Virus record (IMG/VR): IMGVR_UViG_3300042891_001375
Source: an uncultured virus (IMG/VR IMGVR_UViG_3300042891_001375)
Lineage: Duplodnaviria; Heunggongvirae; Uroviricota; Caudoviricetes
Direction: 5' to 3' (one strand)
DNA length: 20,000 nt
Positions within the stretch are counted from its first letter, which is position 1; each line of letters begins with the position of its first letter. A program made the position numbers and the translations under genes. Below are positions 15,181 to 20,000 of the stretch, piece by piece. Under the pieces are notes generated by a model. It had not been told where the DNA came from. It made no database searches and saw only the letters and a program-made list of their open reading frames with translations.

Positions 15181-17537
15181 TGTTTCGTAAACTCATAATC
15201 CTACTTGGGTTATTGGTGGCTCCTGCTTTTGCGCAGGAGCTGCCTCCTACCATTCAAGATCCAACAGCCACACAGACGTATACTCTAACTGTGGTTCCTG
15301 GAACTCAACTTGATAATATTCAGCAAACTGGTACGGCTGCAAATCTTGGTGATGACAGTACGTTAACCAATGTGGCAATCGGATTTGATTTTTATTATTA
15401 TGGCAATTTGTACGACACTGTCAATATATCACAAAATGGCTTCATTAGTTTTACAAGTTTAGCCAACGGTTGTTGTAGTGGTATGCCGTTACCAAATTTT
15501 ACTGAGTTGAATGAATTAAATGCACCGTATTTTAACTACAGCAACACGCACAATACCATATTCGCCATGTGGTCTGATCTGATAAGTTTCACAGGCAATC
15601 CATACTATCAAAGTTTTGGCGATAAGTTTACTGTTGGTTGGTATGGTGTAGAAGAACTGGGTTCATTTAGACAAGATTGCGTGCTTGATTTGTTTGGATT
15701 ACCTTTATTTTGTAACAACGTAGGACCAAATACGTTTGACTTTGAAATTACCCTACACTCAAACAACGATATTGCTATTCGATATGGTAATTTTAATAAT
15801 CCAGTAGACACAGGCAGAGCCATTACATCTGGTATTCAAGGCGATCAGTCAGGTGAGTTTTGGCAGATTTACTATGGCACAGATACAAGCACTCTTGAAA
15901 ATAAAACATATGTTTTTAATTCAAGTGAAATAGTTCCGATTGCACCTATTGCACCTGATTGCAATTTAAATCCATATGATCCAACCTGTATCATAAATGA
16001 TTTAACAACACCTGAAGAAGAAATCTATTTGGCTGATGACGAATCTAATGATGGCACTGAATATGTTGTTGAGGAAGAAGAAGAATTGGTTGCAGATAAT
16101 GAAGTTGTTGAAGAGGATGTTGTTCAGGAAGAAGCACTTGATGAACTGTTAGCAGAAAATGTTGACGATGAAGAATTAGTTGAAGATGTAATGGAAGAGT
16201 CTAATGCAGTTTATCGGGAATTATCAGATGAGGAAAAGGCAGCAATTCTTGCAGATGCTATTTCGAAAACTACACTAGAGTCTGCATTAAGTATTGCTGC
16301 AAACGCAGAAACGTCAGCAGTATCACAAAACAGTTTAACTGAGTCTAGTGTTATTTCAGAATCTTCAACTAGAACGTCTAATGTATTATCAGTTTCTGAG
16401 ATAACTGCAGAAACAACATTAAGCAGTTTGGCTGCTTCTTCAGAAATGTTCGTTGATGCTGCTCGCGAAGAGACTACAACTAGCGATGTATCTGCTGGTG
16501 TTGATGCATTAGAAACTGGTCGTGTATTAGGTCAGGCTGCTCTTAATGAAACTCTTGCCGCAACTAGCGAGTCTGCTGCGGAGTCGGTAAATCAAGCAGA
16601 AAGTATTGCTGCAACTTCATCTAGTGAGTCGCTCGTGACTGTTACTACTGTAGAAGCAACTACAACGATAACTGACTCTACTGATCAAGCAGTAACTGAG
16701 ACAGAACTAGTGGCTGAAGAAAAAGATAATAATCAAAAAGATCAAGAACAAACTGAATTGGTTGCTAGTGAAACAACTGAACAATCAAATGAAACGCAAA
16801 ATGAAACTGTGGTTGCTGATTCAGCACCAGTGATTGAAGCAACTCAAGAAATCACAGACACAAGAACAGAAGAAACCGTAGTTGCTGACATTCAAACTGA
16901 AACAACTGAGATTGTCACAGAAAATGTGGAAGTTGTAGTTGCTGAAGTGACTCAATCAGAGCAAACATCTGTAGCATATCAAGATATGGAATCAGCTATG
17001 GAAGTATTTGCAAGCAACCTCCCAAATCAGATTACAGTAAATGAACAAGAAGAACTAGAAAATAGTATTGTTCAACAAGCAATCGCCTCATCTCAACAAA
17101 CTGAAGACGATAATAAAATGGGATTTGCTGAAGCAGAAGCAGTAACGATTGCAAGTGATCCTGCTCTTGCCAATGCATTTAATGTTCAACCAAATACAGC
17201 AAGTTTAGAGTTACTTGGTGTTCTCGGAAGCGCAGGTCAAGATAAATCTGATGCTGAACTTCGCGCTGAGCAGGTAGTTGCTGCAAATAAAGAGGAGCAA
17301 GATGCTATCAATGCAAACTACATGGAAGCAGATCAATCTGGTATTCTTGCAGCGATTGGTTCTGAGACTGATGTAACTGCATACAGAACAGCAATGTTAC
17401 GAGATAATAATAACTGGTATAAACCAGAGGACATATACAAGGGCGTGATAATTAAAGACAACGTTCGTGGCTCATACTTTCTAGAAAAAGGAAATACCGA
17501 CACTTATAAAAAGATGGTCGACGAGCAATATAAGTAA
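15180..17537 (+). CDS. Secreted protein: nidogen(NIDO)-like N-terminal domain + long acidic E/T/S-rich stalk + C-terminal domain
   Basis: Signal peptide ending in AFA-Q. LGDDS...IGFDFYYYGNLYDTVNISQNGFISF and IFAMWSDL are NIDO-like; FEITLHSNNDIAIRYG; very acidic middle region. Confidence 0.65.
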   Translation: MFRKLIILLGLLVAPAFAQELPPTIQDPTATQTYTLTVVPGTQLDNIQQTGTAANLGDDSTLTNVAIGFDFYYYGNLYDTVNISQNGFISFTSLANGCCSGMPLPNFTELNELNAPYFNYSNTHNTIFAMWSDLISFTGNPYYQSFGDKFTVGWYGVEELGSFRQDCVLDLFGLPLFCNNVGPNTFDFEITLHSNNDIAIRYGNFNNPVDTGRAITSGIQGDQSGEFWQIYYGTDTSTLENKTYVFNSSEIVPIAPIAPDCNLNPYDPTCIINDLTTPEEEIYLADDESNDGTEYVVEEEEELVADNEVVEEDVVQEEALDELLAENVDDEELVEDVMEESNAVYRELSDEEKAAILADAISKTTLESALSIAANAETSAVSQNSLTESSVISESSTRTSNVLSVSEITAETTLSSLAASSEMFVDAAREETTTSDVSAGVDALETGRVLGQAALNETLAATSESAAESVNQAESIAATSSSESLVTVTTVEATTTITDSTDQAVTETELVAEEKDNNQKDQEQTELVASETTEQSNETQNETVVADSAPVIEATQEITDTRTEETVVADIQTETTEIVTENVEVVVAEVTQSEQTSVAYQDMESAMEVFASNLPNQITVNEQEELENSIVQQAIASSQQTEDDNKMGFAEAEAVTIASDPALANAFNVQPNTASLELLGVLGSAGQDKSDAELRAEQVVAANKEEQDAINANYMEADQSGILAAIGSETDVTAYRTAMLRDNNNWYKPEDIYKGVIIKDNVRGSYFLEKGNTDTYKKMVDEQYK

Positions 17538-17980
17538 TGCTAGCAGAACTCGCAGCGATTAATGCCGCATATGCTGTGATTAAAGAAGTGATATGTAATG
17601 GTAAAGAATTAGGTGAGTGTGCTGGGCATCTAGGTAATTTTTTTGATAATAAAAAGAAATTAGAAAAGAAAGTTATTGAAGCACCAGTAACACAAAGAAG
17701 TCAGTTAGAAGAATTCTTTGCGTTAGAAGAAGCTCGAAGAAAAGAAAAAGAACTTAAAGATTATATGTTGATTGCAGGGCGACCTGGTTTATGGGATGAT
17801 TGGATTAGATTTCAAAGAGCAATTGCGCGAAAAGAATTGGAAGAAGCGCAAGCTCGAAGAAGGGCTGCACTGATAGCAGCGCAAAAAGAAGAAGAATTGA
17901 TTCTGATGACATGTATTGGAATTTTATTTTTTATATTTGTTGGAATTATATTTGGATTTGTTTACATCATAACAAGATAA
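17537..17980 (+). CDS. Helical protein with C-terminal TM anchor
   Basis: TAATG coupling; coiled-coil-like middle; hydrophobic C-terminus LILMTCIGILFFIFVGIIFGFVYII. Confidence 0.7.
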   Translation: MLAELAAINAAYAVIKEVICNGKELGECAGHLGNFFDNKKKLEKKVIEAPVTQRSQLEEFFALEEARRKEKELKDYMLIAGRPGLWDDWIRFQRAIARKELEEAQARRRAALIAAQKEEELILMTCIGILFFIFVGIIFGFVYIITR

Positions 17981-18004
17981 AAGTTTTACAGAGGAATAGC
18001 ATCG

Positions 18005-18547
18005 ATGAGTAAGGATTTAGACGAAAGCGTAGATAAACTAGAAGCCGCAACTGATCCAAATACAGTGATCAGCATTGGCGGATATAACTTCACTCCAGCA
18101 AAACTTATGATTGCAGGCACGATCGTATCTACCGTTCTCGGCGGTCTTTACGGTGCATTTGAAATTTATAAAGACTACATGTCAATGAAAGAAGCCATTC
18201 AAACTTACGTGGCTCCAGATCTTTCTGCAATCAACGAGCGCATTACAAAAATCGAAGAACGTGTCGATAACGCAGTTGTAATGGTCGACGAAAGCGGCGA
18301 TATTATCCGCGATGTTCGTAGCGATCTAAAGGGCGATATTGACGCTCTTCAAGCCGATATGGACGCTGCAGATCGCAGAAATCGTGAGCTCGATAAGGAA
18401 GTCCGTGGGTTTGTCGGAGTGACAGATCGAGACATGAATGCTCGATTGAGAACGATCGAACGCGAAACAGATCAAAAACTCAAGGAACTAGAGCGTAAAG
18501 TTGACGAAAAGATCCAAAAAGCATGGGAAAACCCATTGGCTAAATAA
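18005..18547 (+). CDS. Single-TM coiled-coil membrane protein
   Basis: SD GAGGA. TM segment LMIAGTIVSTVLGGLYGAF followed by a long heptad-like region ending in ENPLAK. Confidence 0.7.
   Translation: MSKDLDESVDKLEAATDPNTVISIGGYNFTPAKLMIAGTIVSTVLGGLYGAFEIYKDYMSMKEAIQTYVAPDLSAINERITKIEERVDNAVVMVDESGDIIRDVRSDLKGDIDALQADMDAADRRNRELDKEVRGFVGVTDRDMNARLRTIERETDQKLKELERKVDEKIQKAWENPLAK
18540..18546 (+). promoter_or_regulatory. Late promoter-like motif CTAAATA
   Basis: Overlaps the last codons of the 18005 ORF, 10 nt upstream of ATG 18557. Confidence 0.55.
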
Positions 18548-18556
18548 AAAACGATA

Positions 18557-18697
18557 ATGGAAACATTATGTCTCCGCAATGCAGAAAAGCGATATATTGT
18601 GAGTTTTCGCAATAAGATCCTATTCGTAACGCATAATTATTTCTTTGCGAAACGAATGGCGCGAGGTGTCGATTTTCTTTCTAGGAGACTAAAATGA
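18557..18697 (+). CDS. Small basic hypothetical protein (46 aa), not in the ORF track
   Basis: Manual translation METLCLRNAEKRYIVSFRNKILFVTHNYFFAKRMARGVDFLSRRLK*. Fills the gap exactly and ends with an ATGA overlap on the next start; no obvious SD. Confidence 0.5.
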   Translation: METLCLRNAEKRYIVSFRNKILFVTHNYFFAKRMARGVDFLSRRLK

Positions 18698-18933
18698 ATC
18701 TATTAGCAAATTTAAAATCAATGCTATCGGACGGTGAAAACGGTTCGGTTTCATCAAAGCGAGTCATTACATTCATGGGAGCATTTTTAGTTGCTTTGGC
18801 TTTTGTATTGAACTTGTTTTGGGGATTCGTTGTTGAGAAGTTTATGTACGACTCAATGATGATGATCGTGTTGGGTGGTCTTGGTACAACAGTTGCAGAA
18901 AAGTTTGCACCAAAGAAGCCACCTGTTGCTTAA
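18694..18933 (+). CDS. Small two-TM holin-like membrane protein
   Basis: SD AGGAG. SSKRVITFMGAFLVALAFVLNLFWG and MMMIVLGGLGTTVAEKF segments; basic C-terminus. Confidence 0.6.
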   Translation: MNLLANLKSMLSDGENGSVSSKRVITFMGAFLVALAFVLNLFWGFVVEKFMYDSMMMIVLGGLGTTVAEKFAPKKPPVA

Positions 18934-18949
18934 TTAACAGGAGAAGATA

Positions 18950-19207
18950 ATGGGTACGTTACTTGTATTAGTATTGCTTGTTGTTGCTGGTTGGGTTGTC
19001 TGGAAATTATGGAAAGAGCCAGATGCCAATAAAGATGGCAAAGTCGATCACAAAGACGCACTTGTTGCTGTAAAAGAAATTGCTGAAGACGTTAAAGTCA
19101 AAGCTGCTTCTGTTGCAGATCTAAACAAGGATGGCAAAGTTGATCTTGCTGACGCAAAAGAAGCTGTTGCTAAAGTAAAGAAAGGTCGTAAGAAGAAGGC
19201 TGAGTGA
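18950..19207 (+). CDS. Membrane-anchored protein with two EF-hand/dockerin-like Ca-binding loops
   Basis: N-terminal TM; DANKDGKVDHKD and DLNKDGKVDLAD; basic tail. Confidence 0.7.
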   Translation: MGTLLVLVLLVVAGWVVWKLWKEPDANKDGKVDHKDALVAVKEIAEDVKVKAASVADLNKDGKVDLADAKEAVAKVKKGRKKKAE

Positions 19208-19208
19208 T

Positions 19209-19652
19209 ATGAAGAAGAGAATCACCATAATGCAAGCTGCAGTGCTTGCACTGTTCGTTGGTTTATTCACTTCATATGCTTTTGCCAATCCTTATGATTT
19301 TAAAATCGTAAAGGTAAATGATGGCGATACAGTGGTGTTTGAAGCACCATTTATGCCAGCACCATTGAAGCCTCAATTAAGTTTGAGAGTTCTTGGTGTT
19401 GACACGCCAGAAAAAGGTGCACGTGCTGGCTGTACAGCTGAAGCAAAAGCGGCTGAAGCAGCCAGTGCGTTTACCAAAAACATTGTAGCCAACGCCACAA
19501 CTATCAAAGTTGAATTAAAAGAACACGATAAGTTCGGTGGTCGCGTGCTGGGCGATTTGATTATTGATGGTCAGAGATTATCTGCACTATTAATTCAAAA
19601 TGGTCATGCTCGCCCATACTTTGGCGATAAGAAAGCAAGTTGGTGCAATTAA
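19209..19652 (+). CDS. Thermonuclease (staphylococcal nuclease-like) with signal peptide
   Basis: VNDGDTV, LRVLGVDTPE and DKFGGRVLG are the SNase catalytic motifs; signal peptide ends in AFA-N. Confidence 0.9.
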   Translation: MKKRITIMQAAVLALFVGLFTSYAFANPYDFKIVKVNDGDTVVFEAPFMPAPLKPQLSLRVLGVDTPEKGARAGCTAEAKAAEAASAFTKNIVANATTIKVELKEHDKFGGRVLGDLIIDGQRLSALLIQNGHARPYFGDKKASWCN

Positions 19653-19819
19653 TGTTCATATTAGAACCATTCGCAATTCCGTTCATCTACTTGTTTAAGT
19701 GGTTAGCTGCTGCATTCTTATGGCTTTCTAATGCGACATATTGGCTTTATTCAAAGTTGCTTGGAGCCAGCATGTGGCTCAATGATCAGGTCGAGAGTAA
19801 TATTTGGCCAAAGGAATAA
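19652..19819 (+). CDS. Small hydrophobic Trp-rich protein (55 aa), not in the ORF track
   Basis: TAATG coupling. Manual translation MFILEPFAIPFIYLFKWLAAAFLWLSNATYWLYSKLLGASMWLNDQVESNIWPKE*. Confidence 0.65.
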   Translation: MFILEPFAIPFIYLFKWLAAAFLWLSNATYWLYSKLLGASMWLNDQVESNIWPKE

Positions 19820-19822
19820 ATT

Positions 19823-20000
19823 ATGCTTATACCATTACCATATAAAATCCTCGCAGTTGTTCTTATAGTCGGTGGCGCATTTGGTGCTGGCTATAAAAAA
19901 GGATCAGATGCTGGCGAAGTCATGGTTCAACAAGCGGCTAATGAAGCAGAGCAGTTGAAGATTGAACTCGAGAAAGAGCAAGCAAACATCAAAGAAAGAG
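19823..20000 (+). CDS. Partial gene, i-spanin (Rz-like) candidate
   Basis: SD AAGGA. MLIPLPYKILAVVLIVGGAFGAGYKKG is a TM plus GYxxG motif, followed by coiled-coil-like QQAANEAEQLKIELEKEQANIKER. Runs off the window. Confidence 0.55.
   Translation, partial: MLIPLPYKILAVVLIVGGAFGAGYKKGSDAGEVMVQQAANEAEQLKIELEKEQANIKER

Noticed and set aside
532..15823. All minus-strand ORFs in the track (e.g. 3622-4248, 13596-13937, 14466-14777)
   Set aside because: They are antisense shadows of low-complexity plus-strand genes (poly-L/V/F mirrors the N/T codons); I saw no SD or family motifs, and the whole region is plus-strand coded.
1..20000. Stop-codon reassignment, introns/inteins, tRNA or rRNA genes, strong intrinsic terminators
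   Set aside because: Standard-code ORFs tile the window almost without gaps, TAA/TGA/TAG all appear as stops at gene junctions, and no such RNA structures or splicing motifs were recognisable by eye.

Overview
All-plus-strand, tightly packed and often translationally coupled gene cluster in the standard genetic code. It looks like part of the late region of a large T4-like (myovirus-type) phage with a Gram-negative host. No marker gene such as the capsid or terminase is present, so this call rests on T4-type late-promoter-like motifs (CTAAATA/ATAAATA), capsid-targeting-like N-termini and gene content. Four blocks are visible. (1) About 0.3-8.7 kb: mostly low-complexity, modular proteins with many hydrophobic-x-Glu sites resembling T4 gp21 prohead-protease sites, probably internal head or core proteins, ending in a candidate virion-packaged PD-(D/E)XK-type nuclease. 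(2) About 8.7-10.5 kb: a lipoprotein, a 2-TM protein and a dual-catalytic GH19 + M15 endolysin. (3) About 10.5-13.5 kb: three probable virion structural or decoration proteins. (4) About 13.5-20 kb: a long run of host-envelope-targeted proteins, namely a secreted Asn/Thr-repeat protein, a secreted nidogen-like protein with an acidic stalk, TM/coiled-coil proteins, a holin-like protein, an EF-hand-like membrane protein, a secreted thermonuclease and a partial i-spanin-like gene. Family assignments come from motif recognition only; no database searches were run.
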